A stretch of 64,000 nt of DNA from assembly GCA_045630885.1 (NCBI GenBank), contig JAZQTQ010000034.1:18606-82605 (forward strand). Direction: 5' to 3'. Each line of letters opens with the position of its first letter. Position 1 is the first letter of the stretch. A program made the position numbers and the translations under genes. The notes under the pieces were generated by a model. The model ran no database searches. It was not told the origin of the DNA and saw only the letters and a program-made list of their open reading frames with translations. The stretch comes from Acutalibacteraceae bacterium. GTDB lineage: Bacteria > Bacillota > Clostridia > Oscillospirales > Acutalibacteraceae. This document shows, one piece after another, positions 36,542 through 46,551 of this stretch.

Positions 36542-36805
36542 TTACTCTGCAAAGCCTGATTCAACAAGCTCTACTAATGCTGTTACTGCTGCTTGCTCAT
36601 CAGAGCCATCAGCAATAATTCTTATCTCGCTTCCGCCCAAAATTCCCAAAGACAAAACACCGAGCAAGCTTTTTGCATTAACTCTTCTCTCTTCTCTCTC
36701 AACCCAGATAGAAGATTTAAACTCATTTGCCTTCTGAATGAAAAATGTTGCAGGACGAGCGTGTAAACCAACCTGATTCTGAACAACTACATCTTTAACG
36801 TACAT
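36542..36805 (-). CDS. ptsH: Phosphocarrier protein HPr
   Basis: MYVKDVVVQNQVGLHARPAT (His15) and NAKSLLGVLSLG (Ser46). The start is ATG 36805 with AAGGAG upstream. The track ORF is 9 codons longer. Confidence 0.9.
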   Translation of the reverse strand: MYVKDVVVQNQVGLHARPATFFIQKANEFKSSIWVEREERRVNAKSLLGVLSLGILGGSEIRIIADGSDEQAAVTALVELVESGFAE

Positions 36806-36984
36806 AATATAAATCTCCTTCAAATAAGTCAATCAAGTACGATAATTATTATACCACATTTTATTCAATAGTCAATAAATTTGTTTAAAGTTTTTTGTAG
36901 TTCTCTTTTTAGGCTAACCAAAAACTAAAAATTTGCCTATTATTTGTGCAAGTTGCTTAAAAATTACACACATTTATTGTGCAA

Positions 36985-37737
36985 TTACTTTAAATCCTTC
37001 GCCGATTTTTTTAGATTTTCAACAAAAATCTTTTCTTTTTTGTTAAATTCAACATTATTTAACATCTCAGGTCTTCTATTAAACGTTATTTCGATGGATT
37101 TTTCTTTGCGCCATTTAGTTATATTGGCGTGATGGCCGGACATAAGCACGTCCGGAACAGTTTTCCCTCTCCACTCATAAGGCCTTGTATATTGAGGATA
37201 CTCCAAGAGTCCCGAAAAATGGCTTTCTTCTTCAAAACAAACGTCTTCAGACAATACTCCCGGCAACAGCCTCGAAACCGCATCTGCAACAGTTAATGCG
37301 GGAAGTTCTCCGCCTGTTAAAACATAATCGCCAACAGATATTTCCTCATCAACTATTTCTTCAATAACTCTCTCATCGATTCCTTCGTAATGTCCACAAA
37401 GCAAAACGATATGTTCCCTTTCAGAAAGCGCGCAAGCTTTTTTCTGGCTGAAGGTTTCGCCCTTCGGGGACATATATATCGTTAGCGGCTTTTGTTCACA
37501 TTCACCAAAAAGCGCTTGAAAGCAATCATATATAGGCTGTGCGCTCATTATCATTCCCATACCGCCGCCATAAGGAGCATCGTCAACTCGGTTGTGTTTA
37601 TCGGTTGTATAATCCCTGATATTATGACAATATATCTCAACCTTGCCTGACTTCACTGCTCTGCCTATAACACTTTCGTGGATATAACTTTCGCACATTT
37701 CCGGAAACAGAGTTAGAATATCAATCCTCATCTTCAA
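36985..37737 (-). CDS. trmD: tRNA (guanine37-N1)-methyltransferase
   Basis: 250 aa. MRIDILTLFPEM..., DDAPYGGGMGM and GHYEGIDERV are TrmD signatures. Confidence 0.95.
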   Translation of the reverse strand: MKMRIDILTLFPEMCESYIHESVIGRAVKSGKVEIYCHNIRDYTTDKHNRVDDAPYGGGMGMIMSAQPIYDCFQALFGECEQKPLTIYMSPKGETFSQKKACALSEREHIVLLCGHYEGIDERVIEEIVDEEISVGDYVLTGGELPALTVADAVSRLLPGVLSEDVCFEEESHFSGLLEYPQYTRPYEWRGKTVPDVLMSGHHANITKWRKEKSIEITFNRRPEMLNNVEFNKKEKIFVENLKKSAKDLK

Positions 37738-38233
37738 ATATACCTTTCAGCGGCTTAATATAGCCTATACATTCTTTTACGTCAACCGACACAATAACAT
37801 CATCTATTGCAGGAACAAGATATATTCCTTTTTCGTTTTTTATATGCCAAACGTCGTTTGCAGGCGCATTAGTAACATCGCAAACCTCGCCCAAGAGCAA
37901 ATCGGTTTCTGCATCGTATATCTTGCAACCAATTAATTCTTTTATAAAATATCTATCACCGATATCTGCGTCTTCGCGAGAAATATATAAAACTGTATTC
38001 CTCATTTTTTGGGCTTCGTTTATATCGTTAATTCCTTCAAGCTTCATCAAAACGATATTATTAGCAGGTCTTGACGATATAACCTTTATAGATTTTTGAC
38101 CCTTATCGTCTAAATAAAACTTCTTGAATTTTGTTAAAAAGGCAGGCGAATCACACCAAGGATTAACTCTTACCTCTCCTTTTACACCATGCGTTGAAAC
38201 AATTTGCCCACATTCAATATAAGGAATAAGCAT
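37721..38233 (-). CDS. rimM: Ribosome maturation factor RimM
   Basis: IECGQIVSTHGVKGEVRV and a PRC-barrel C-terminus. The start is ATG 38233 (GAGGTG upstream). It overlaps trmD by 17 nt. Confidence 0.9.
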   Translation of the reverse strand: MLIPYIECGQIVSTHGVKGEVRVNPWCDSPAFLTKFKKFYLDDKGQKSIKVISSRPANNIVLMKLEGINDINEAQKMRNTVLYISREDADIGDRYFIKELIGCKIYDAETDLLLGEVCDVTNAPANDVWHIKNEKGIYLVPAIDDVIVSVDVKECIGYIKPLKGIFEDED

Positions 38234-38321
38234 AATTTTCACCTCTGATAAAAAAATAAAGCGGTCTTTAAAGATTAAAGACCGCTGAAAATACCACAAA
38301 GCACAATCAAAATGCCTATTA

Positions 38322-38555
38322 TTAGTCTATCTCGACTGCAACCTTTTGACCTTCGCGGTTTGCGGCAGCACGCATTACAGTTCTGATAGCCTTAGCTATT
38401 CTTCCCTGCTTGCCAATAACACGGCCCATATCATTCTCTGCTACATGGAGATGGAAAACAACAACGCCTTCCTCATTGGGCTCGTCAACAGTAACGTTAA
38501 CAGCATCAGGAGCTTCAACAAGACCCTGTGCTATAGAAACTAACAATTCTGTCAT
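38322..38555 (-). CDS. KH-domain RNA-binding protein (YlqC family)
   Basis: 77 aa with VIGKQGRIAKAIRTV (GxxG KH motif). It lies between rpsP and rimM, as in other Firmicutes. Confidence 0.85.
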   Translation of the reverse strand: MTELLVSIAQGLVEAPDAVNVTVDEPNEEGVVVFHLHVAENDMGRVIGKQGRIAKAIRTVMRAAANREGQKVAVEID

Positions 38556-38574
38556 TTAGGTTTCCTCCATTAGA

Positions 38575-38817
38575 TTAGATAGCACCGTTCTTCTTTAAAA
38601 GAGCCTTAACGGTGTCGGTGGGCTGAGCGCCGTTAGCGATCCATTTCTTAGCCTTTTCGTTGTCAATATTAACAACTGCGGGGTCCTTAGTAGGATCATA
38701 ATAACCGATTTCTTCAATAAAGCGGCCGTCACGGGGGAATCTAGAATCAGCAACAACTACTCTGTAGAAAGGAGCCTTCTTTGCACCCATACGACGAAGT
38801 CTGATTTTAACTGCCAT
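38575..38817 (-). CDS. rpsP: 30S ribosomal protein S16
   Basis: [26 protein letters not shown]... is canonical bS16. Confidence 0.95.
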   Translation of the reverse strand: MAVKIRLRRMGAKKAPFYRVVVADSRFPRDGRFIEEIGYYDPTKDPAVVNIDNEKAKKWIANGAQPTDTVKALLKKNGAI

Positions 38818-38873
38818 TTATTACACCTCCTAAAAAAAGAATTATATAAAAAACAGTTTGTTTCTGTTTAATA

Positions 38874-40244
38874 TCACATTGGGAATCCGGGCGGCATACC
38901 ATTCATTCCGCCACCCATTCCATTAAGCATACGTCGCATCTTTTTGCCACCCTTGCCTTTGGAATTCATTTGCTTGAACATTTTCTTCATTTGCTCGTAT
39001 TGTTTTAAAAGTTTATTAATGTCTTCAACAGTTGTTCCTGAACCCGCCGCAATTCTTTTTTTGCGAGATGCATTTAAAATATCAGGTTTTGAACGCTCTT
39101 TTTTAGTCATCGAATAAATCATAGCTTCGATGCGAGCAAATTGTTTTTCGTCAACATCAACGTCTTTAAGCTGATTTCCAACTCCGGGAAGCATTGATAT
39201 TAACTGCTTAATTGAACCCATCTTCTTGATCTGTTGGAACTGACCGAGCAAGTCATTAAGATCAAACTTATTTTCTTCGAGTTTTCTTGCCGCCTCTAAC
39301 GCTTCCTTTTCATCGATTTGGTCTTCAACCCTTTCGATAAGAGAAAGCATATCGCCCATTCCAAGAATTCTCGAGGTCATTCTATCGGGATGAAACTCTT
39401 CGAGGTCGTCCATTTTTTCGCCTGTACCGACAAATTTAATAGGCTTACCCGTTACCGCTTTAACAGAAAGAGCCGCACCACCTCTTGTATCACCATCAAG
39501 CTTTGTTAAAATAACGCCGCTGATTTCAAGCAGATCATTAAACGCTTTAGCGATATTAACTGCGTCCTGACCAACCATTGAATCAATTACGAGGAGAATC
39601 TCGTGAACATCTATGGCATCTTTGATTCTTTCAAGCTCTTTCATCAGTTCTTCATCAATATGAAGACGACCCGCAGTATCGAGAATCATAAAATCATGGC
39701 CATAATCACGGGCATATTTTAAAGCTTCTTTAACTGTTTTTTCAGGTTTTTGCGTTCCTCTTTCAAAAACCGGAACGTTAACTGATTCACCAACGACCTT
39801 TAACTGGTCGATAGCGGCGGGGCGGTATATATCACAAGCAACGAGCATTGGTCTATGCCCTTGCTTTTTAAGCATTTTTGCAAGTTTTGCGCTATGGGTT
39901 GTTTTACCGGAACCTTGAAGACCGCACATCATAATTACGGTTGGGATTTTAGAAGACGTATTGAGCCTTGCTTTTTCTCCTCCCATAAGAGCGGTTAATT
40001 CATCGCGCACGATTTTAACAACCATTTGCGGAGCAGTTAAACTCTCCATAACCTTTTCGCCAATACATTTTTCAGTTACGGAATTTGTGAAATCTTTAGC
40101 AACCTTATAGTTTACGTCAGCTTCAAGCAAAGCAAGGCGAACCTCTCGCATGGCCTCTTTAACATCTTTTTCATTTAGTTTTCCTTTTGATCTCAGACGT
40201 TTAAAAACACCCGAAAGTTTATCTGATAAATTATCAAATGCCAC
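38874..40244 (-). CDS. ffh: Signal recognition particle protein Ffh
   Basis: (M)AFDNLSDKLSGVFKRL..., GLQGSGKTT, DTAGR, and a Met-rich M domain and tail. I prefer the GTG at 40244. The track ORF starts 4 codons earlier at the GTG at 40256. Confidence 0.95.
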   Translation of the reverse strand: MAFDNLSDKLSGVFKRLRSKGKLNEKDVKEAMREVRLALLEADVNYKVAKDFTNSVTEKCIGEKVMESLTAPQMVVKIVRDELTALMGGEKARLNTSSKIPTVIMMCGLQGSGKTTHSAKLAKMLKKQGHRPMLVACDIYRPAAIDQLKVVGESVNVPVFERGTQKPEKTVKEALKYARDYGHDFMILDTAGRLHIDEELMKELERIKDAIDVHEILLVIDSMVGQDAVNIAKAFNDLLEISGVILTKLDGDTRGGAALSVKAVTGKPIKFVGTGEKMDDLEEFHPDRMTSRILGMGDMLSLIERVEDQIDEKEALEAARKLEENKFDLNDLLGQFQQIKKMGSIKQLISMLPGVGNQLKDVDVDEKQFARIEAMIYSMTKKERSKPDILNASRKKRIAAGSGTTVEDINKLLKQYEQMKKMFKQMNSKGKGGKKMRRMLNGMGGGMNGMPPGFPM

Positions 40245-40260
40245 GCTCCGGTTCACCCCT

Positions 40261-40590
40261 TTATTTCGTTATAAGTTGTTTTATTATTTCTAGTTTCTGC
40301 TTTTTTTGAATATTTGTTTCGCCTATTATAAGCTCATCAAGATTTTGCAACGCTAGTTCGAGCCTCTCGCTTATCTCAGTTAAATGAAGTTTTTCTTCAA
40401 GCAAGTCAAGCTGATTCTGCGCTCTGTGGATAATATCCATAGCGCCTTGACGGGAAATATTTAGGTTTTCGGAAATCTCAGATAGCGAAAGATCTTCATT
40501 ATAATAATAGTCTAATGCTTCGCACTGCTTTTCAGTTAGCATTTCGCTGTAAAAATCAAGCAAACGCGAGTATTTTAGGTCTTTTGGCAT
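40261..40590 (-). CDS. ylxM: YlxM/UPF0122 putative HTH protein of the ffh operon
   Basis: 109 aa with LLDFYSEMLTEKQCEALDYYYNEDLSLSEISENLNISRQGAMD. It is the conserved partner upstream of ffh. Confidence 0.85.
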   Translation of the reverse strand: MPKDLKYSRLLDFYSEMLTEKQCEALDYYYNEDLSLSEISENLNISRQGAMDIIHRAQNQLDLLEEKLHLTEISERLELALQNLDELIIGETNIQKKQKLEIIKQLITK

Positions 40591-40794
40591 ATCATCACCC
40601 TTTAACGTTTAGCATTATAACACAATTTATGCGCTCTGTCAAGTATTTTTACTTTACAGATAAAAATTTATTGATTTTTCTTAAATTCTTTAATTATCGT
40701 AATATTTAGTTTATTTTATTAATTGTAAATGCATTTTTTATCTAATAATTTAAAGATTTACTTAATTTTATTAACTATATATTGAAAATTCAGT

Positions 40795-40823
40795 TTGACA
40801 AGAATATTTTTTCATGTTATAAT
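40795..40823 (+). promoter_or_regulatory. Consensus sigma-A promoter of the glutamine synthetase gene
   Basis: TTGACA (40795-40800), 17 nt, TATAAT (40818-40823). The leader is about 30 nt to the start codon. Confidence 0.6.
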
Positions 40824-40852
40824 TGCAAAAAATTCATGCGGAGGTAAAATTT

Positions 40853-42937
40853 ATGAATCTTCCTGAGATGTTTGGTTGCAAAGTTTTTAACAAAAGGGTT
40901 ATGAAGCATCGTTTATCCCCTCAAATCTATGATGCTTTGCAATCCACTATTAAAAATGGTGCTCCATTAGAACTTAACGTTGCTAATGAAATTGCAACCG
41001 CCATGAAGGAATGGGCTATAGAACTTGGAGCAACGCATTATACCCATTGGTTTCAACCTATGACCGGTATAACTGCAGAAAAGCACGATAGCTTTATTTC
41101 CCCCGACGGAAAAGGCAATATTATAATGGACTTTTCGGGCAAAGAACTCGTTAAAGGCGAATCTGACGCTTCCAGTTTTCCAAGCGGAGGAATCAGAGCA
41201 ACCTTTGAAGCCCGCGGTTACACAGCCTGGGACCCCTCCTCTTTTGCTTTTGTTAAAGAAGGTTCGCTATATATACCAACAGCATTTTGTTCATATAACG
41301 GCGCTGCGCTCGATAATAAGACACCGCTTTTGCGCTCGATGGAAGCTATTGATAAAGTTTCTATGAAGGTTTTAAAGCTATTGGGTGTAACCGATGCAAA
41401 AAGAGTTATTCCAAACGTTGGCGCAGAGCAAGAGTACTTTATAATCGATAAAGAAACTTATTTGCAAAGAGAAGACCTTATTTACACAGGAAGAACGCTT
41501 TTCGGTGCAAAGCCTCCGAAAGGGCAAGAGCTTGGCGACCAATATTATGGTCAACTTAAACCTAAAATCATCGAATATATGAAGGATTTAGACCAAGAGT
41601 TATGGGCTCTTGGTGTTAATGCAAAAACAAAGCACAACGAAGTTGCTCCCGCGCAACATGAGCTTGCCCCTGTTTTTGCTACCGCAAACGTTGCTACTGA
41701 CCATAATCAGCTCACTATGGAGATTATGAAAAAGGTTGCCGACAGACACGGTCTTGTTTGCCTTCTGCACGAAAAACCATTCGCAGGTGTTAACGGAAGC
41801 GGTAAGCACAACAACTGGTCCCTTTCAACAAAATCGGGCATTAACCTTTTGCGCCCGGGCTCGCACCCTGAAAAGAACACAAAATTTCTCCTTTTCTTGA
41901 TGGCTGTTATTAAGGCGGTTGACGAATATCAAGACCTTATAAGAGTTTCCGTTGCATCAGCAGGCAACGACCACCGTCTTGGTGCCAACGAAGCCCCTCC
42001 TGCAATTCTTTCTATGTATTTAGGCGATGATTTAGAAGAACTCATAAAGGATATTGCAAACGGAATCGAATATGAAGCCCACGAGCGAAATATTATGGAC
42101 TTGGGCGTTAAGCAAATCCCGAAATTTATGCAAGATACTACCGACAGAAACAGAACCTCTCCTTTCGCTTTTACGGGAAACAAATTTGAACTTCGTATGC
42201 TCGGTTCTTCTGCTTCGATTTCAGCTTGCAACATTACTTTAAATACTATTGTTGCAAAAGAACTTGACGAGTTTTATGATATTCTTAAAGATGCAGATGA
42301 CATTGATAAGGCTATTTATAAAATAGTTGCAAAGACATATAAAAACCATAAGCGCATTATTTTTAACGGCAACGGTTATTCAAAGGAATGGGAAGAAGAA
42401 GCTGCAAAAAGAGGATTGCACAATTTAAAAACGACTCCTGATGCAATTCACACGATGCTTGAACCGAAAAATATTGAGGTTTTCGAGAAATACGGAGTAT
42501 ATACCGAAGAAGAAATTCGCGCAAGACACGAAATTTACCTCGAAAACTACTGCAAGGTTATTGCGATTGAGGCACTAACTATGGCTTCTATGATTCGCAG
42601 AAAAATAATTCCCGCAGTTCTTGAATATCAAAAAACACTCTCTGAACTCATCGCAAGCAAAACGTCTATCGGAATTGACTGTTCGACCGAAAAAGAAATT
42701 TTAACTTCTATTACTGAAGACACCAAGTTAGCATTTTCAAAGCTTATCACTTTAGAAAATGCACTTGAAAAGCGAGAAACAATTGAAGAAATTCAAGAAA
42801 AGAGCGAATTCTATAAATCTGAATTGTTAGGAAACGTCGAGGCATTGAGAGAAGTAGTTAATAAACTCGAAGCCTCTGTTTCTGCCGATTACTGGCCGGT
42901 TCCAACTTATTCCGAAATGCTTTACAGCGTTATTTAA
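40853..42937 (+). CDS. glnN: Type III glutamine synthetase (GlnN-like)
   Basis: About 694 aa. N-terminal MFGCKVFNKRVMKHRLSPQIYDAL is the GSIII N-domain, and the catalytic region has HNEVAPAQHELAP and NGSGKHNNWS. The start is ATG 40853 (GGAGG 8 nt upstream). Confidence 0.9.
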   Translation: MNLPEMFGCKVFNKRVMKHRLSPQIYDALQSTIKNGAPLELNVANEIATAMKEWAIELGATHYTHWFQPMTGITAEKHDSFISPDGKGNIIMDFSGKELVKGESDASSFPSGGIRATFEARGYTAWDPSSFAFVKEGSLYIPTAFCSYNGAALDNKTPLLRSMEAIDKVSMKVLKLLGVTDAKRVIPNVGAEQEYFIIDKETYLQREDLIYTGRTLFGAKPPKGQELGDQYYGQLKPKIIEYMKDLDQELWALGVNAKTKHNEVAPAQHELAPVFATANVATDHNQLTMEIMKKVADRHGLVCLLHEKPFAGVNGSGKHNNWSLSTKSGINLLRPGSHPEKNTKFLLFLMAVIKAVDEYQDLIRVSVASAGNDHRLGANEAPPAILSMYLGDDLEELIKDIANGIEYEAHERNIMDLGVKQIPKFMQDTTDRNRTSPFAFTGNKFELRMLGSSASISACNITLNTIVAKELDEFYDILKDADDIDKAIYKIVAKTYKNHKRIIFNGNGYSKEWEEEAAKRGLHNLKTTPDAIHTMLEPKNIEVFEKYGVYTEEEIRARHEIYLENYCKVIAIEALTMASMIRRKIIPAVLEYQKTLSELIASKTSIGIDCSTEKEILTSITEDTKLAFSKLITLENALEKRETIEEIQEKSEFYKSELLGNVEALREVVNKLEASVSADYWPVPTYSEMLYSVI

Positions 42938-42956
42938 TTTGATTGTTATAGCAAAA

Positions 42957-42985
42957 AGGCAACCAAAAAAATGGTTGCCTTTTTG
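42957..42985 (+). terminator. Terminator after glnN
   Basis: AGGCAACCA-AAAAAA-TGGTTGCCT followed by TTTT. Confidence 0.65.
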
Positions 42986-43019
42986 CATCGAAAGGATATT
43001 TTTTATTTAGCAAACGGCT

Positions 43020-43187
43020 TTAAGCCGCTTTGTTAAAACTTTGCTCAACCGCTTTTTCTTTTTTGCAAAACTTCTTAAATAATTTTCTTTCAAGTTTTGC
43101 AAGTTTGGTTTCATTAAAAAGTCCCCAAATGAAAAATACAGCAAGAGATAGTTCGATTAATGTTTGAATTAAATACGTGTTAGTCAT
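43020..43187 (-). CDS. Hypothetical 55-aa small membrane protein
   Basis: Below the track cutoff. GGAGGT RBS 8 nt upstream of the ATG at 43187. Translation is MTNTYLIQTLIELSLAVFFIWGLFNETKLAKLERKLFKKFCKKEKAVEQSFNKAA, with one TM helix and a basic tail. Confidence 0.35.
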   Translation of the reverse strand: MTNTYLIQTLIELSLAVFFIWGLFNETKLAKLERKLFKKFCKKEKAVEQSFNKAA

Positions 43188-43282
43188 TTATTTGTACCTC
43201 CGATTTCTTTCTACAATTATATTATAGAAGCCTAAGAGTCCAAACAATGGGACTTTAACATTTTAATTCGAAAAATATTAAT

Positions 43283-43459
43283 TTATTGTTTTCTGGCTAT
43301 TTTATATTCATCATCGAGATTAAAATAGGGACAATCCTTATAGTCGCTCGACAAAAATCTATATAACTCATCTTCATCGAGATTAACCAGGCACTCATAA
43401 ACGTCCTCATCTTCATCGTAAACGTAATTTACACATAATTCGCAATTTGATTTACCCAT
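43283..43459 (-). CDS. Hypothetical 58-aa acidic, Cys-containing protein
   Basis: Below the track cutoff. It starts 5 nt downstream of the ABC transporter stop. Translation is MGKSNCELCVNYVYDEDEDVYECLVNLDEDELYRFLSSDYKDCPYFNLDDEYKIARKQ (CxxC...C...C, about 30% D/E). Confidence 0.45.
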   Translation of the reverse strand: MGKSNCELCVNYVYDEDEDVYECLVNLDEDELYRFLSSDYKDCPYFNLDDEYKIARKQ

Positions 43460-43464
43460 ATTCC

Positions 43465-46437
43465 CTACTCCGTTCTAAGCGCCTCAACAGGGTCTTTTTT
43501 AGCAGCTATTCTAGATGGAATTAAGCCTGCAATCAAGGTTAAAACAACACTTATCACAACCAAAATCAATGCACCGCCAAGCGGCAACACAGCTTTAAGA
43601 TTCGCAATTTCGGTTAATTCAAAAAGAATTATATTGATTAAAACGTTGCACGCCAGAGAAACAAAGATTCCAATAGCACCTGCGGCAAAGCCCACAATCA
43701 TAGTTTCTGCATTAAATACTCTGGATACATCACGTTTTGATGCGCCTATAGACCTCAATATACCGATTTCCTTTGTTCTTTCGAGAACTGATATATAGGT
43801 TATTATTCCAATCATAATTGAGGAAACAATCAAAGAAATCGCAACAAAAGCAATAAGAACATAGGATATTGAATTGATAATTGTTGTTATTGAAGACATA
43901 AGAAGCGCTATATAATCCGTATATTCAATTCTATCTTCTTCTTTAACGCTTTTATTATATTTTTCAATATCTTCAGAAATAGCATCCTTTTCTTCGAAGC
44001 TTGAGGAAAACAAATTGATTTTTGAAGGACTTCCTAAATCAACGTATCCAAGTTTTTTTAGATTTTCTTCAAGGCTGGATTCCGACATTTTTGCCGGCAT
44101 AATCGAAGAATCAGAATAAATTTTTGCAAGGTTATCCTCTGATAGTTGCGGAACTAAGGCATCAAAAGCAAGCGCAATTTCATTTGTTGTCATTATAGTT
44201 ATAGCGCTTTGAATCTGTGCCGCTTTTTGAGCCGCAAAAGCCGTTGCAAGCATTTCGTCTGCCGCAGTTTCAAACTCTGAAATATCAAGCGTTTCAAAAT
44301 AATTTCTGATAGTTTCAGCGTTTGTTTCTGCATCTTCCGGTATTCCGGAAACCAACATTTCGGTTATCTCTTCTCTTGATTTGCCGTCGGTTGCCGCCGA
44401 AATATAGGCAGAAAGTTCAGAATCGGTTGGAATAGATGCTATCTGAGGATAAATCGACGCCTTCTTTACAACGTCTATCTCTGAGAAATATTTTCTAACA
44501 TCTGATGCTTTTTCAGAACTCGAAGGTTCTTCAAAGTCGTCAGGCTTAAATGGTAAACCTGTTAAAATATCGGTTTCAGTGTTTTCCAATTGTTTTTTAA
44601 TAATATTATTTTTTTCAGAACGATCGACAACATATTTGGTCAGTTTCGACGTATAGCCTATTGCCCCGTCCATCATATTGGAAGATTTATCCTCTTTGGG
44701 GCGCAAAATACCCGTAACCTTTATATCGATTCCGTTGTTATAAAGAGATTTAAGTCCTGTTTCGGTTTTTGAAACGTCATAATAAGATTTTGTTGCGCTA
44801 TCATAAGCATAAAAATCCGAAGCGAGAATAACTTTAAATTTCTTTTTACATATTTCTTCGTAAGTCCAGCTTTGAGTTTTGGTTTTGATTTTTTCGCCAT
44901 TCATAAAAGCCTTCATTACTTTGTTCATATCTTCACTTGAAGCAAGTCCGAGCGCATACAAGCAAAGGTCGCTTACCTCGTTATTTTGATTAACGATAAG
45001 CACAATTTCATTATATTTCTGAGGAAGTTTTCCATATATAACGTCATATTGCTCAGAAACCAATGAACTGCAAGCCTCTCCGTTCATTCCCGAAAGCATT
45101 TCTTCCCAAACGTTCATATTTGCAAAAGGGGATGACGAGGACATCATCATAGAACTCATAGAAGTTGCGGTTTGAATCGCAGATTCGCCATAAAGCTGAT
45201 TCATAAGTTCGTTTATATCTGATTTAACAATCTCGCCCTCAGAGTTTTTAGTATATATATTCAAATCCAGATTATAGCTATACTGAACCGCCGTTAAGTC
45301 TTCTCTGATTGGACTGTTTTCTTTCTCGATATAGGTTTTAAATTTTGAAAGATTGTTGACATTTTTCTCGGTTGAACTAAATGCGTTCATCATTTCATAC
45401 AACGTAGAACTTGAATAAACCTTATCTCTTTTATGATTAATTTTTTTATCGCTTGCCCCCATTATATTCTTCATAAGTTCCGTTGCATCAACGGTTTCTG
45501 CCTCGATGGTTATTGGATATGAAGATAAAGTATCCTCCTGAACGTCGTCAATATACGCCTGAACGCCCGATGAAACAGAAAGGATAAGGGCAATTCCTAT
45601 TATGCCGATAGAACCTGCGAAGGAGGTTAAGAACGTTCTTGCTTTCTTTGTTAAAAGATTATTAAAAGAAAGGCTCAGAGCAGTTAAAAAGGACATAGAT
45701 TTGCCCTTGCTGTTTTTTGTTTTCTTCTCTTTCTTAATTTCCTTATTTTCAACCCTAAATTCATCAGAATCGGATACGATTTTTCCATCTAAAAGCTTTA
45801 TAATTCTGGTTGAATATTTTTCGGCAATTTCGGGGTTATGCGTTACCATAATTATAAGTTTTTCTTTGGAAATTTCCTTTAGAATATCCATTATCTGAAC
45901 GCTTGTTTCGCTATCAAGCGCTCCCGTCGGCTCATCTGCCAAAAGGATTTCCGGATTATTTACCAATGCTCTCGCGATCGCAACCCTTTGCATCTGTCCG
46001 CCAGACATTTGATTCGGCTTTTTATTGATTTGGTCGCCCAGTCCAACCTTCTCAAGCGCCTCGATTGCTCTCGCTCTGCGTTCCTTTTTAGAAACTCCCG
46101 AAAGAGTTAAAGCGAGCTCAACGTTTGCAAGAACAGTTTGATGCGGAATAAGGTTATAGCTTTGAAAAACAAATCCGATTTTATGATTTCTATAGACATC
46201 CCAATCGCTATCCAAATATTCCTTAGTTGAAACACCATCAATAACAAGGTCGCCCGAAGTATATTTGTCCAGACCACCGATAATGTTTAAAAGGGTTGTC
46301 TTTCCGCAACCCGACTGACCGAGCACTGAAACAAATTCGGATTCTCTGAAAGAAAGCGAAACACCTTTTAGCGCCTCAACCTTTGTATCTCCGGTTATAT
46401 ATTCTTTAACTATATTTTTTAATTCTAGCAAAAGCAT
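43465..46437 (-). CDS. Fused ABC transporter ATP-binding protein / FtsX-MacB-type permease with very large extracytoplasmic domain
   Basis: 990 aa. It has an N-terminal MacB/LolD-type ATPase (GQSGCGKTT, LSGGQMQRVAIARAL, LLADEPTG), one TM segment at ~260-285, a soluble region of about 570 aa, and three C-terminal TM segments with FtsX motifs (ERTKEIGILRSIGASKRDV). Confidence 0.85.
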   Translation of the reverse strand: MLLLELKNIVKEYITGDTKVEALKGVSLSFRESEFVSVLGQSGCGKTTLLNIIGGLDKYTSGDLVIDGVSTKEYLDSDWDVYRNHKIGFVFQSYNLIPHQTVLANVELALTLSGVSKKERRARAIEALEKVGLGDQINKKPNQMSGGQMQRVAIARALVNNPEILLADEPTGALDSETSVQIMDILKEISKEKLIIMVTHNPEIAEKYSTRIIKLLDGKIVSDSDEFRVENKEIKKEKKTKNSKGKSMSFLTALSLSFNNLLTKKARTFLTSFAGSIGIIGIALILSVSSGVQAYIDDVQEDTLSSYPITIEAETVDATELMKNIMGASDKKINHKRDKVYSSSTLYEMMNAFSSTEKNVNNLSKFKTYIEKENSPIREDLTAVQYSYNLDLNIYTKNSEGEIVKSDINELMNQLYGESAIQTATSMSSMMMSSSSPFANMNVWEEMLSGMNGEACSSLVSEQYDVIYGKLPQKYNEIVLIVNQNNEVSDLCLYALGLASSEDMNKVMKAFMNGEKIKTKTQSWTYEEICKKKFKVILASDFYAYDSATKSYYDVSKTETGLKSLYNNGIDIKVTGILRPKEDKSSNMMDGAIGYTSKLTKYVVDRSEKNNIIKKQLENTETDILTGLPFKPDDFEEPSSSEKASDVRKYFSEIDVVKKASIYPQIASIPTDSELSAYISAATDGKSREEITEMLVSGIPEDAETNAETIRNYFETLDISEFETAADEMLATAFAAQKAAQIQSAITIMTTNEIALAFDALVPQLSEDNLAKIYSDSSIMPAKMSESSLEENLKKLGYVDLGSPSKINLFSSSFEEKDAISEDIEKYNKSVKEEDRIEYTDYIALLMSSITTIINSISYVLIAFVAISLIVSSIMIGIITYISVLERTKEIGILRSIGASKRDVSRVFNAETMIVGFAAGAIGIFVSLACNVLINIILFELTEIANLKAVLPLGGALILVVISVVLTLIAGLIPSRIAAKKDPVEALRTE

Positions 46438-46467
46438 CTACCTCCGCAAGCATTAGTTTATGAAATA

Positions 46468-46496
46468 ATTATATAATTTATACCAAAAAATGTCAA
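46468..46496 (-). promoter_or_regulatory. Consensus sigma-A promoter for the fused ABC transporter gene
   Basis: On the minus strand: TTGACA (46491-46496), 17 nt, TATAAT (46468-46473). Confidence 0.55.
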
Positions 46497-46551
46497 TTAA
46501 TAAACTGTAAATATTATCGCCTAGCTAAAACCGAAGCTAGGCGATAATTAA

